A stretch of DNA of 64,000 nucleotides from an uncultured Candidatus Saccharibacteria bacterium (GCA_964531475.1 CAZHCS010000001.1:112739-176738); one strand, 5' to 3'. Shown: positions 26,759 to 36,685, counted from the first letter of the stretch. Made by a program: numbers and translations. The notes: generated by a model from the sequence alone, not told the origin.

Positions 26759-27322
26759 TTATCGAACGATCTCGGTGACATCGATCATATACCACTCTTT
26801 CCAGACACCATCAGAAGTATCACGCATGCGCACGACGACATTCTCGCTTTCTTGCAAGACTACGAATTCCCTTTTTGTATCAGGACCTTCACACACGGCA
26901 TATGCGAAAGGTATGCCTGCCTCGGTTGCTGTATCGATGAAATCAACTTCGCGGCATGTGCCAGGATGAACGCCGAGCTTGTATGGCCGGCCAAATGAGA
27001 TAGCGTTGCCATTTCGAGTAAAGTCAGCGAATTCCATCTTGAGCCACGTTTGGTCCGTACCCGCGACTTCTGGACTTTCTGTATCAAAAACCCAGCGCAC
27101 GCCAGAGAATTCATATTCGTAATCCCCCGCCACAACCGGCTGCACAGCAGTAAGCGCAGTATCAGTCTCGGCTTGCGTGTCAGCTGGAGTATCTTCGGCG
27201 CGATCCTTCGGTCCGATGAAGACGATAAGTAACACAACAACAAGAACAGCAGCCCCGACCACCTTAGTTATAAGTCCTCCCACCTTCTGCTCTCCGTTAT
27301 TTTTTTCTGCCATAGTAACCAA
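26759..27322 (-). CDS. Membrane-anchored hypothetical protein
   Basis: N-terminal TM segment with an acidic low-complexity linker. Confidence 0.5.
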   Translation of the reverse strand: MVTMAEKNNGEQKVGGLITKVVGAAVLVVVLLIVFIGPKDRAEDTPADTQAETDTALTAVQPVVAGDYEYEFSGVRWVFDTESPEVAGTDQTWLKMEFADFTRNGNAISFGRPYKLGVHPGTCREVDFIDTATEAGIPFAYAVCEGPDTKREFVVLQESENVVVRMRDTSDGVWKEWYMIDVTEIVR

Positions 27323-27410
27323 AGTTTAGCATTTCCACTTTCTAGAGTAAAAGCCTTGATTTCGAGCAATATTTTATGTATTCTGTCTGGGTCTTTTCGC
27401 AAGAAAATAC

Positions 27411-27485
27411 GGCCCTATCGTCTAACGGTTAGGACGTGGCCTTCTCAAGGCTAAAATCGGGGTTCGATTCCCCGTAGGGTCACCA
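27411..27485 (+). tRNA. tRNA-Glu (anticodon CTC), CCA encoded
   Basis: The manual cloverleaf has a 7-bp acceptor stem, D-arm, anticodon loop ttCTCaa, a TTCGATT T-loop and a 3' ACCA. Confidence 0.8.
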
Positions 27486-27550
27486 CTTCGTGCTAGCACG
27501 AGAAGCGTACAAATAGCCTAATTTGAATATAATCTGTTTGATATTTATTT

Positions 27551-29044
27551 ATGAACTTTATAAACCTATTATCAATACTAGAATCAAAAAATAATTTATC
27601 GGATGATTTATTTAATAAGTACTTAGAATACCTAAACGTCAATCTTGAAGATAACGAAACAGGAGATCTATTAAAATTGACAGAAAGGTTATTTGGAGAA
27701 TATCAAAGTTCAGATATCTTTGATGGGTACTATATTGGATACAAAATACCGCAGATATCAAAAGAGTTTGATTTACTAAGAATCACAAAAAATTCGGTTA
27801 TTAATATTGAATTAAAATCTGGTGCGAGTGAAGAAAGTGTAAAAAAACAGTTAATACAAAATAAATATTATCTTGATTCTCTGAGGAAAGAGAAAATTTA
27901 TAATATTACATATAAATCAAACGAAGATAAGCTTTATATTCTTGATAGGAAGAAAGAGTTATGTGAGTTAGAAGTAAAAGACTTACTAGAAATTTTATTG
28001 ATGGATCCTCCCATAAAAGAGGATTTGGATTCATTATTTGATCCGTCTGAATTTCTTGTATCACCTTTCAATAATACCGATAAGTTTATAAAGGATGAGT
28101 ATTTTTTGACAGACCATCAAATAAAAATTAAGAAGTCTATAATAGAGACAATCGCGAAAAATGAGTTTAGCTCTTACGCTATCTCTGGTAAAGCAGGTAC
28201 AGGAAAAACTTTACTCGTGTATGACATAGCGAAGGAAGTGATGTCTATTGCGAATAAAGTGCTAATCGTTCATTGTGGAAAATTAAATAACGGACATATT
28301 AAGTTACGGGATGAGCATAACTTCGATTTAATTCCGATAAGTGCTTTTACAGAGCAAAGAGTTAAAATGAACTACAGTTTAATTATCTTTGATGAAGCCC
28401 AAAGAATTCGTTCGAGACAATTGACTGTAATTTTAAATAATAAAGGAAAATTTAATTACTTATTTAGTTACGATAAAACCCAAACACTAAGTCTTAGAGA
28501 TGGTAAGCATGGTCTTAAAACTGCCGCTGAATTATATGAGGGAATAAAAAACCATTTTGAATTATCTGAAAATATAAGAACGAATAAAGAAATTGCCTCT
28601 TTCATCAAAAGATTTGTTGACAAAAGTGACAACGTATCCCGAAGAGAATATAAAAATATTACAATACAATACTTTCAGCACATAAATAATGTCACTAGTT
28701 ACGTAAGAAATCTTGAAGATAATGGATGGGTTTATGTAAGTTATACTCCCCAAATGTTCGGGAGTCCGATATATGAAAAATACAATACAATTTCTAAATC
28801 ATTACAAAATGCTCATGATGTTATAGGACAAGAGTTTGATGACGTTGTTGTGATTGTTGGAGAAAAATTTCTGTATAAAGAAACGGGCGAATTAACTCAT
28901 CAGATAAACGGCCCATATATGCCACACAAAATGCTCTTTCAAGCCATGACTAGGGTGAGAAAAAAACTTAAAATAATTATAGTCAATAATCCTGAAATTT
29001 TAGAAAGATGTATAGAGATATTAAGTCCACCTAAAAAAGCATAG
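27551..29044 (+). CDS. PD-(D/E)xK-like nuclease + SF1/DUF2075-like P-loop NTPase (defense-island candidate)
   Basis: Walker A ISGKAGTGKT, Walker B IIFDEAQRI and a motif-VI-like QAMTRVRKKLKII. The N-terminal domain has D..(12)..ELK. The region is very AT-rich (roughly 30% GC by eye) and sits directly 3' of tRNA-Glu. Confidence 0.65.
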   Translation: MNFINLLSILESKNNLSDDLFNKYLEYLNVNLEDNETGDLLKLTERLFGEYQSSDIFDGYYIGYKIPQISKEFDLLRITKNSVINIELKSGASEESVKKQLIQNKYYLDSLRKEKIYNITYKSNEDKLYILDRKKELCELEVKDLLEILLMDPPIKEDLDSLFDPSEFLVSPFNNTDKFIKDEYFLTDHQIKIKKSIIETIAKNEFSSYAISGKAGTGKTLLVYDIAKEVMSIANKVLIVHCGKLNNGHIKLRDEHNFDLIPISAFTEQRVKMNYSLIIFDEAQRIRSRQLTVILNNKGKFNYLFSYDKTQTLSLRDGKHGLKTAAELYEGIKNHFELSENIRTNKEIASFIKRFVDKSDNVSRREYKNITIQYFQHINNVTSYVRNLEDNGWVYVSYTPQMFGSPIYEKYNTISKSLQNAHDVIGQEFDDVVVIVGEKFLYKETGELTHQINGPYMPHKMLFQAMTRVRKKLKIIIVNNPEILERCIEILSPPKKA

Positions 29045-29176
29045 GAAATATTACCGCTACAATGTGTCACTTTTCACCTATGTACGAGAAGGGCCATTGG
29101 GTCATAGTAAAAGTATTAGAAATAACGTTACATGGTAAGGAACCATTTGGTTCTATCTGCTGAGCACTCACAGATA

Positions 29177-29275
29177 CTTGAAAACAAAAACTGCTTTTTG
29201 TTTTCAAGAGATTGTGACGACCGGAGCGATATTTTTGTTTTGCGAAGCAAAGGCAAAAATCGCGAGGTGGGGTCG
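29177..29275. other. Array of three consecutive hairpins at the island boundary
   Basis: cttgaaaacaaaaa-ctg-ctttttgttttcaag; gcgatatttttg..caaaaatcgc; cgcga-ggtgggg-tcgcg. Confidence 0.35.
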
Positions 29276-29475
29276 CGAGAAAATTCTGTTAGGAATTTTA
29301 CTTGTGACCACACAACTTGACTTACTATAGATTATATAGTATTATTTCATTAAATTTCTTTCAAAAGTTACTTGCTTTGCCATAGCCAAAAGAGGCTTTA
29401 TTTAGGCCTTTCCTGGCTATGGCAAATGACGCCTACGCTCCCACCTCGGATTAGAGGTAACAAAAACACAAAACA

Positions 29476-30147
29476 ATGGCTTACAAAAAAGTCGTTGAGG
29501 CGTTGGGTGAATACCCTGCGTCTGTTCTCGAGCTACTCAAGAAGTGGCTCGAATGGTTCGGGCATTTCAAACCCCTCCTCGACCGTTTCCACCAGCTTCG
29601 CAAGGAGGATCTGATGGGACTGATTCACGGGACGCACGAAATCGTGCGAGTAAGGGAAGACGAACCGATCGTAGTCTTCCGTGGGATCTCTGCACGGGTT
29701 GATCTGGATGCAAAACCCACCTGGCCAGAAGATTTCGGCATCCCCGAGCACTTCGGCTTCGGAAATGTGGATGTCCAGAAGAGGTCTCCGAACGATCTCT
29801 ATGTCAACGGAAAGAAGGTCATTCTGTATCAGTCTCCCAAGCAGACGGATGGTGGAGATCCAATTTGGGGATGGGAGGTGCTCAATGAACTTCCTAAGAG
29901 GGTTGTGTTGAACGCCACACTACACAACTTCTTGCAGAAGAACGAGGACTTCATTCCTGAAGACTGGGGCGCTGATGCTGATGGTAAGGTCATCTACATC
30001 TACTTCCTGGGAACTAAGTTCTTCCGAAGGGATGCGGAAGACCAGCGGGTCTTCTTGTATAAGAGGGCTGGCAAGTGGCACTACAGCCGTGGCACGCTAA
30101 GTCGGCAATGGGGGGCTAACGTCTACCTCGCTCGTTTGGAAGACTAG
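29476..30147 (+). CDS. Hypothetical protein
   Basis: 223-aa ORF at normal GC, preceded by a 12-bp-stem hairpin (tttgccatagcc...ggctatggcaaa). Confidence 0.5.
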   Translation: MAYKKVVEALGEYPASVLELLKKWLEWFGHFKPLLDRFHQLRKEDLMGLIHGTHEIVRVREDEPIVVFRGISARVDLDAKPTWPEDFGIPEHFGFGNVDVQKRSPNDLYVNGKKVILYQSPKQTDGGDPIWGWEVLNELPKRVVLNATLHNFLQKNEDFIPEDWGADADGKVIYIYFLGTKFFRRDAEDQRVFLYKRAGKWHYSRGTLSRQWGANVYLARLED

Positions 30148-30170
30148 CAAGTAACCAACACCGCAACACA

Positions 30171-30210
30171 CAGGCGCTTCCTTCGGGAGGCGCCTGTTCT
30201 GCTTTATTTT
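30171..30210 (+). terminator. Rho-independent terminator
   Basis: caggcgcttcc-ttcg-ggaggcgcctg followed by ttctgctttatttt. Confidence 0.65.
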
Positions 30211-30262
30211 GAATAAACTAGACCCAAGCTCTGAAAATCAGCTATACTTGTTTTTATAAAAT

Positions 30263-30625
30263 ATGAAAACATCAATCACAAAACAATTTCGCTTCGAGGC
30301 TGCGCATTCTCTGCCAAATCACGATGGCAAATGCCGTAACTTGCACGGGCATTCGTACCTACTAGAAGTAACCATTTCTGGTGACATAGTAAGCGATGGC
30401 CCAAAGACCGGCATGATTATGGATTTTTCTGATCTCACGAAAATCGTGGACGAAGAAATTATCAACCAGTGGGATCACCAGTTTTTAAACGATATACTCC
30501 CCTTCACTACGAGCGCAGAACACTTGGCACAAGAATGCTTCCGCCGGCTTCAAAATCGCAAATTAAATATTGAACGTATCAGACTTTGGGAGACTTCGAA
30601 GTGTTACGTAGAGGTGGAAAAGTAA
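30263..30625 (+). CDS. queD: 6-carboxytetrahydropterin synthase / PTPS family
   Basis: CxxxHGH motif (CRNLHGHSY), 120 aa. Confidence 0.8.
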   Translation: MKTSITKQFRFEAAHSLPNHDGKCRNLHGHSYLLEVTISGDIVSDGPKTGMIMDFSDLTKIVDEEIINQWDHQFLNDILPFTTSAEHLAQECFRRLQNRKLNIERIRLWETSKCYVEVEK

Positions 30626-30706
30626 CCTCTAATCTAGCCAAACACCAATTTCCGTGCTATGATAACGGCTCGTTAAATTTATATTTACCAATAATAGTAA
30701 CGCCCT

Positions 30707-31336
30707 ATGATTGATGAACGACTTCAAATCGTCGACGAATTGACCGGAGAACCGACCGGCGAGCATTTGTCGCGCAAAGAGACTCTCGAAAACAAACGCT
30801 GGTGCCGCACGACAAATATCTTCGTCTTGAACTCCAAAGGAGAGATCTTGTGCCACCAGCGCTCGCTCAACAAAGAGCGCTTTCCTGGCGCCTGGTCGAC
30901 CCATTTCGGCGGCCACGTGACCGAGGGCGAATCTTTCAAGATTAGTGCCCTCAAAGAGCTAGCCGAAGAAGTTGGCATTTCCGTCAACGCGTTTCAACTC
31001 ATCCCATGGCGCACGAGCAAAAAATCCGTCAGCCGCATCTGGGTCCGCGACTTTATCACCGTCTATGACGGCCCTATAGAAAATTTGAAAATTCAGAAGT
31101 CCGAGATCGAAAAGGTGCAGTGGTTCAATGCTGAAGACATCATGGCCGAACTCGATGCCGAAAGCGACGACGCTAACGAATGGCTCGCCGGCACACACGA
31201 TTTTTACGCCGACTACCAGTGCATGCGCGCGGTCTTGACTGCAACCATCGATGCGGGCATTTTCGGCGGAGATTTCATCCCGCTAAAGACTTGGCACCCA
31301 CTCGCAAACGCCTCGAAATCTCTCGCTCCGCAATAA
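30707..31336 (+). CDS. NUDIX hydrolase
   Basis: Nudix box GGHVTEGESFKISALKELAEEVGI. Confidence 0.8.
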   Translation: MIDERLQIVDELTGEPTGEHLSRKETLENKRWCRTTNIFVLNSKGEILCHQRSLNKERFPGAWSTHFGGHVTEGESFKISALKELAEEVGISVNAFQLIPWRTSKKSVSRIWVRDFITVYDGPIENLKIQKSEIEKVQWFNAEDIMAELDAESDDANEWLAGTHDFYADYQCMRAVLTATIDAGIFGGDFIPLKTWHPLANASKSLAPQ

Positions 31337-31349
31337 AAATCATTCGGAA

Positions 31350-31380
31350 ACAAAAATCCCCGTTCGGGGATTTTTGTTTT
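31350..31380. terminator. Bidirectional terminator
   Basis: aaaaatcccc-gttc-ggggattttt. Confidence 0.65.
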
Positions 31381-32129
31381 TAGAGCCTCTTCAAAACTAA
31401 GCACATAAAAAGTGGTATTTCTTTGCGGGCCTTGTCTTCGGCTTTGGCCATGGGACCCTTTTCACTTTTTCGGTGCGAAATCCATTCTTCTATTTTCGTG
31501 ATAGCGAAGCCTTCTTTCAAAAAGGATTTCGAGTACACCTGGAGCGGTCGATGGTACGACAGTGTGTATTCTCCCGAACCCGCGCCAGGCGCCATGTCTA
31601 TTTTCGTTTCCATTTCGCTCATATATGCGTCGATACGGCGATACTGGGCCTTGGCTTCCCTATCTGTTTCCCACGACGAATGTTTCGGCATACGGAACGT
31701 AGGATGGTTGAGTACAATCACAACTCGTCCGTCTTTTTTCAAAAGACGGCTCATATTTTTTACAACCGCGCCCAAGTCTTTCATGTTTTGGAGCGCGAGA
31801 ACAATAATTATGACGTCAAACTTTTCTCCTTGGAGAATTTTCTGGTCTTCAGCATTGCCAGCCAAAAATTTCGCATTCGCAATATTTTTCTTGGCGATTT
31901 CTATCAACTCTTTGCCCAAGTCGACTCCTACAACATGCTTGGAAATTTTAGAAAATTCCGTAACGAAAAATCCCTGGCCGCAGCCGATTTCGAGGAGCGA
32001 TTCGTCAGGCTTCAAATCGACAACTCGTACAATATTTGGCAACACTACTTGCGCATGATACGTATTATCTCCATCAAGATGCTTGTCGTACCAATCAGCA
32101 ACCTTGCCCCAGGAAGTGTCTTTTTTCAT
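31380..32129 (-). CDS. Class I SAM-dependent methyltransferase
   Basis: Motif I LLEIGCGQGFF. Confidence 0.75.
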   Translation of the reverse strand: MKKDTSWGKVADWYDKHLDGDNTYHAQVVLPNIVRVVDLKPDESLLEIGCGQGFFVTEFSKISKHVVGVDLGKELIEIAKKNIANAKFLAGNAEDQKILQGEKFDVIIIVLALQNMKDLGAVVKNMSRLLKKDGRVVIVLNHPTFRMPKHSSWETDREAKAQYRRIDAYMSEMETKIDMAPGAGSGEYTLSYHRPLQVYSKSFLKEGFAITKIEEWISHRKSEKGPMAKAEDKARKEIPLFMCLVLKRL

Positions 32130-33137
32130 CTAGAATACTTTCTGCTCCTTTGGAAACGGCGGATAGATATCAGGATCGATGGTGCGAGCAAAGCATGTAC
32201 GGCCGGCATCGTGGTCCCAAGAATCACCACCGATTCCCGGATACGGACGAGCCGAAATCGCCGCATCTTCAGAAAAGCCGTCAAACATTGGACGTACGCC
32301 GCCGTATTCCTGCCAGCCTTGTGGCATCACTGCAGAAAAATTGGCGCAAAGTTCAAACGTCATATTTTCTGTTTTTTTGTACTCATAAGTATTTCCCTTT
32401 TCAAACTCTGGATCAACTGGAATCATAAAGCCTGAAAGCGGGTTGGAAAGATCTTCGAGCTTTTCCGGTAAAACTTCTTTTTGTTGCCAGTAGTTAATAA
32501 CTTGCCACTGGATGGATTGCAAGTCCTGCGTGCGGCGTTCGTCGAGACGCCATGCGCGCTGTTCGGCAGGTGTGCCGATGACCGAGAAACTCCAAACTAT
32601 AAGTAGTACTACGAGAGCGGCAAATATCGACGGGCTCCAGGTGTGAATATTGAACGGGCCCCACTTCTTCTGTCCTCGCAACTCCATGACGTAATAAAAC
32701 CCAACTTTGGCCGCGACGATAAGGGTTATACCGACCTTCAAAAGAAAACGAGTTGTAACTTCACCGGCTACGAAATATTTGACCAATGTCACCAAGTCCA
32801 CAATAGCAACCGCGGCCGCCAAAAACATAATTAGATAAAGCATCCATTTGCGGATGACGTCGTCGATGCGGCCCAAACTTCCGCGTGCAGCCTTGCGCCA
32901 GAAATGCGAAATAATGAGGTATGCCGGCAGCATGATGATAAGCGTTGCCATGGCCGAACGTGCGGCGTCAAAATTGTACGTGTTGTAGCCGTAATAGTAG
33001 ACGGCGTTCAGGGCGTCTGGGAATTTGTGGTTGAGTGTCTGAAAGACAAGATTGAGAAACGACGTTACGGTCGCAATAAGCGTCACCAGAACGCCGAGCG
33101 AGAGGAAAAAGAATTTTGGTGAAAGTTTGTTGTCCAT
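32130..33137 (-). CDS. Polytopic membrane protein with C-terminal extracytoplasmic domain
   Basis: 5-6 TM segments. Its stop abuts the methyltransferase start. Confidence 0.55.
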   Translation of the reverse strand: MDNKLSPKFFFLSLGVLVTLIATVTSFLNLVFQTLNHKFPDALNAVYYYGYNTYNFDAARSAMATLIIMLPAYLIISHFWRKAARGSLGRIDDVIRKWMLYLIMFLAAAVAIVDLVTLVKYFVAGEVTTRFLLKVGITLIVAAKVGFYYVMELRGQKKWGPFNIHTWSPSIFAALVVLLIVWSFSVIGTPAEQRAWRLDERRTQDLQSIQWQVINYWQQKEVLPEKLEDLSNPLSGFMIPVDPEFEKGNTYEYKKTENMTFELCANFSAVMPQGWQEYGGVRPMFDGFSEDAAISARPYPGIGGDSWDHDAGRTCFARTIDPDIYPPFPKEQKVF

Positions 33138-33180
33138 AGGAAATAATGAATTGTAATAAAGCCATTATACCACGAAAAAC

Positions 33181-34902
33181 CTACCTATCCGGCGGGATTT
33201 GGTAGTACGACAAGAGGAATTCGGCCAGATTAAAGAACGGTTCTGAGAGTGTTTCGGCGGCGTAGCGGACACCCTGCGGCGAACTGATGGATAGAAAGAC
33301 TAGGAATTTTGGATCATAAGACGGAAAATAACCAACAAAGGTGTGGAGGTTGCGGTCTTCGTAATAGCCGCCCTTTGGATTTGGTATCTGTGCTGTACCG
33401 GTTTTGGCAGCGACACTGTATCTATCCATTTTATATTTTCCGTCACCATAGACATTGTCGACACTGTACGTCAGCATCTTTGAAATAGCGCGACTTGTTT
33501 CTTCTTTCAAGACTTTTGGTTCGTCTTCTTTCGGATAATCAAAAGATTTAGTACCGCCAACATCGTCATAATCTATTTCTTTTACAACATGCGGACGGAC
33601 CAAATAACCGCCATTACCAAGAGCCGACCACGCACGCACGAGCGCCATCGGCGAAAACGAAATACCCTGTCCGAAAGAAATGTTGGCGTATTCGAGCTCA
33701 CGCGGTTCGTCCAGGTTAGATACCAAACCCTTGGCCTCGTTCGGCAAATCGACGTTAGTCTTTTCGCCGAGACGGAAATCCAGCATGTATTCTTTGAACT
33801 TTGGCCGGCCGATTTTTTGCATGGCATAGACCATTCCAGTGTTTAAAGACTCTGACAAAACAGTTTGCATTGTCGTCTGGCCGCGCCCTCTTTTGTCGAA
33901 GTTCTGGATTAGCTTGTCCTCTACCTGGACCGAGCCCTTGTCATAAAACGGCGTAGATTCGGAAATTACTCCAAGGTCTATACCAGCGGCGATGACGAGT
34001 GGCTTTACCACCGAACCGAATTCATAGCTATTTTCGACGAGCGGATTGGAGAATATAGAAACGTCTTCGACTTCTTTGAAATTGTTTACGTCAAATGTCG
34101 GCACGTGTGCGAGCGCGTATAACTCTCCGGTTTGCGGACTCATTATGATTCCGCTAGCAGATTCTGGGCTATAGCGTTCCATAACAGCCTGTAATTCTTT
34201 TTCGAGCACACTCTCGACCGTCGGCTCGATGGTTGTTACGATATCGCCCGAACGCTCTTCGCCTTCGAAAACGACTTTTTTGACACCAGAAAAAATCTCG
34301 GCAAAAACGTTCACGTATAAATCTTCTGGTTCTTTTGCCAGTGTTTCGTTGTAATATTTTTCTAGTCCGTATTGGCCTGACAAAGTATCCCCTGCTCCAA
34401 AACCGACGAAACCAATAGTTTGCGCGGCCATGCTTGTGCCTGGATAAAAACGCCAGCGATGCTTGTAAAGAGAGACTCCCGGTAGTCGAAGTGCTTCGAT
34501 AGCATCTGCCTCCTCGCGAGATATCTCGTCGGCAATTTCTTCATAAGGATCATCTTTTTTGTCGGCGGCCTCGAAAAAGGCTTCGCGATCAATAGAAACA
34601 ACATCGGAAAGAGCGTCGTAGGTCGCCGTACGATCCTTTACGAGAGTTGGGTTTATCGTCAGCATATAACCCGTTTTAACTGTGGCTGCCGAAATGCGAC
34701 TACCATCACGTTTGGTAAAGAAAATAGAACCGCGGTCAAATGTGTCAGATGAGCGCTGATACGAACGGTCAGCCATGTCTTCGTAGGCTTCATTTTTTAC
34801 TACTTGTACCGAAAAAAGTTTGATTACAAAAAATATTCCAACAAGAGTCATGCAAAGAACCAGGACCCGAATACGTGAGAGAAATGTACGACTGCCGTCC
34901 AT
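33181..34902 (-). CDS. ftsI: Penicillin-binding protein (FtsI-type transpeptidase)
   Basis: SxxK (SVVKP), SxN (SESLN) and KTG (KTGTA) motifs. The gene is in an mraZ-rsmH-ftsL context. Confidence 0.85.
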   Translation of the reverse strand: MDGSRTFLSRIRVLVLCMTLVGIFFVIKLFSVQVVKNEAYEDMADRSYQRSSDTFDRGSIFFTKRDGSRISAATVKTGYMLTINPTLVKDRTATYDALSDVVSIDREAFFEAADKKDDPYEEIADEISREEADAIEALRLPGVSLYKHRWRFYPGTSMAAQTIGFVGFGAGDTLSGQYGLEKYYNETLAKEPEDLYVNVFAEIFSGVKKVVFEGEERSGDIVTTIEPTVESVLEKELQAVMERYSPESASGIIMSPQTGELYALAHVPTFDVNNFKEVEDVSIFSNPLVENSYEFGSVVKPLVIAAGIDLGVISESTPFYDKGSVQVEDKLIQNFDKRGRGQTTMQTVLSESLNTGMVYAMQKIGRPKFKEYMLDFRLGEKTNVDLPNEAKGLVSNLDEPRELEYANISFGQGISFSPMALVRAWSALGNGGYLVRPHVVKEIDYDDVGGTKSFDYPKEDEPKVLKEETSRAISKMLTYSVDNVYGDGKYKMDRYSVAAKTGTAQIPNPKGGYYEDRNLHTFVGYFPSYDPKFLVFLSISSPQGVRYAAETLSEPFFNLAEFLLSYYQIPPDR

Positions 34903-34904
34903 GA

Positions 34905-35219
34905 TTAGCGAGGTGTTGCAAGAGATACCATTGTCGTAAAGCGTGTGTCAGGCGCATCGACAAAACCGAGCGCGTAAGCCTTTTCGATTGTCAGTGTATC
35001 GTTCATGGCAAGTGTAGAAAGCTCGAGTTCGCTTATTTCAGCTGCAATAGCGCGCTGCTCGGCTTCAATATTTTTAGTATTCACTAGCAAGAATACTGTA
35101 TTGCCGATAAAGAAAATGTAAGCAAAAAATGACAACGCCGCAAGAAGCGCCAAAACATATAGCGCCTTCATATCGCTCGCGTTCTTTAAAATATTTATTC
35201 GTACGTTTGCGTTGTTCAT
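34905..35219 (-). CDS. ftsL: FtsL-like small bitopic division protein
   Basis: 104 aa with a single TM segment, positioned between rsmH and ftsI. Confidence 0.5.
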   Translation of the reverse strand: MNNANVRINILKNASDMKALYVLALLAALSFFAYIFFIGNTVFLLVNTKNIEAEQRAIAAEISELELSTLAMNDTLTIEKAYALGFVDAPDTRFTTMVSLATPR

Positions 35220-36097
35220 AATTTTTCAATGATTCGTAATTGTGCACTGCGCGCTCGCGGATTTTCGCGCAACTCTTCTGTACTTGGCGTGATCGGCTTT
35301 TTGGTGATAAGCGTTCCCTCTTCAGCCTTGGCCCAATCTCTAAACGTATGCTTGACTATGCGGTCTTCGAGACTATGGAAAGTGATGACGGCAAACCTTC
35401 CTCCCGGCTTCAAAATATCCCATCCGGCGACTAGTGCTGCGCGCAGACTTTCAAGCTCGTCATTTACAGCTATTCGCAGAGCCTGAAATGTTTTGGTCGC
35501 CGGATGAATCCTGCCGCGCTTGTAAAACGAAGGGACAGCGTGCTCAACAACTTCGACTAAACGAGCTGTTGTGTCTATGGGCGCGTGCTCTCTCGCTTCG
35601 ACAATTTCTCGGGCGATTCGACGAGCGAAACGTTCTTCGCCGTAACCATAAATGATGTTTGCGATATCTTCTTCGTCCCAGCGATTGACTATGTCGGCCG
35701 CATCAAACTCTGCTTCGGAAATCTCTTTCTTGAGAGTCATCCGAAGAGGCTCATCGCGCAAGAAACTAAGTCCCCTACCAGATGATTCGAGTTGATCGGA
35801 ACTGTAACCGAGGTCAAGCGCTATGCCATCCACTTTTTCACCCGCGAGCTCTTTCGCCATGTCGCGAAAATTCGCCAAGTGATAAGTGATTGCGGGCGAA
35901 AGCGGCGCCAAGCGCGCTTTCGCCCGCTCTATAGCGTCGGCATCTAGATCGAAAGCGTGGATGGCAACACGCTGTCCGAACCGGCGAACAATTTCTTCGC
36001 TATGACCGCCAGCACCGAGCGTGCCGTCAATCGCGACCTCGCCCGGCTGCAAGTCGAGCGCGTCGATCGTCTCTTGTAAAAGGACTGTTCGGTGCAT
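35216..36097 (-). CDS. rsmH: 16S rRNA (cytosine1402-N4)-methyltransferase
   Basis: MHRTVLLQETIDAL...GTLGAGGHSEEI is RsmH/MraW. The ATG lies 1 nt after the mraZ stop. Confidence 0.85.
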   Translation of the reverse strand: MHRTVLLQETIDALDLQPGEVAIDGTLGAGGHSEEIVRRFGQRVAIHAFDLDADAIERAKARLAPLSPAITYHLANFRDMAKELAGEKVDGIALDLGYSSDQLESSGRGLSFLRDEPLRMTLKKEISEAEFDAADIVNRWDEEDIANIIYGYGEERFARRIAREIVEAREHAPIDTTARLVEVVEHAVPSFYKRGRIHPATKTFQALRIAVNDELESLRAALVAGWDILKPGGRFAVITFHSLEDRIVKHTFRDWAKAEEGTLITKKPITPSTEELRENPRARSAQLRIIEKL

Positions 36098-36098
36098 G

Positions 36099-36551
36099 CT
36101 AGATGACACCCGCGCCGCCGAGCTTTTCGGCCAACGCATCTGCCTGTTTCTCTACCTTCTCCTTGTAAGCAGCCCACGACTTTTCGTTCCAGATCTCTAA
36201 CCGGTTCTGGACGCCGACAAGAGCTGCTTTGGCCCGCAGGCCCGCACGCTCTTTGAGGAAATCCGGCAAGAGCACGCGCCCAATCGCATCGACCGAAACC
36301 TCTGTCGCTCCGCCGAACATAAATCGGTTGAACGAACGGTTATCCGCGGCGAGCATCGAGAAGCCGGAGAGTTTTTCCGAAATCTTTTTCCATTCGCTCT
36401 TTGTAAATACAAAGAGACACTGGTCGAGACCGGGCGTAATCACGAGATCCTTGCCCATCTCCTTTCGGAATTTCGCCGGAAGTGAGATGCGGTTCTTTTC
36501 ATCGATTGTGTGTATGAATTCACCGATGAGCATAAAAATATTACTTACCAC
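36099..36551 (-). CDS. mraZ: Transcriptional regulator MraZ
   Basis: Duplicated MraZ motifs (DEKNRISLP / DAIGRVLLP). The start may be MLIGEF, 6 codons in. Confidence 0.85.
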   Translation of the reverse strand: MVSNIFMLIGEFIHTIDEKNRISLPAKFRKEMGKDLVITPGLDQCLFVFTKSEWKKISEKLSGFSMLAADNRSFNRFMFGGATEVSVDAIGRVLLPDFLKERAGLRAKAALVGVQNRLEIWNEKSWAAYKEKVEKQADALAEKLGGAGVI

Positions 36552-36615
36552 TTCATCCCACTTGAGTTAAATTATACACCACTTTGTCCCACTTGAAAAA
36601 ACTATTTCCCACTCG
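36547..36615 (-). promoter_or_regulatory. mraZ promoter with AGTGGG direct repeats (putative MraZ operator)
   Basis: The minus strand reads gAGTGGGaaat..caAGTGGGacaaAGTGGtgTATAATttaactcaAGTGGGatgaAGTGGtaag, i.e. AGTGG(G) repeats flanking a TATAAT -10. Confidence 0.45.
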
Positions 36616-36685
36616 GTTTGGGGATAACTTCAACGCTCACCAGGCCAGGTCAGAATCCGACAGTATCGTTCGGGTTAGAAAGCGA

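Noticed and set aside
31473-32435. 320-aa plus-strand ORF spanning the methyltransferase/membrane-protein genes
   Set aside because: It is antisense to two minus-strand genes with clear motifs (SAM-MTase motif I). Its Phe/Arg-rich composition indicates a shadow ORF.
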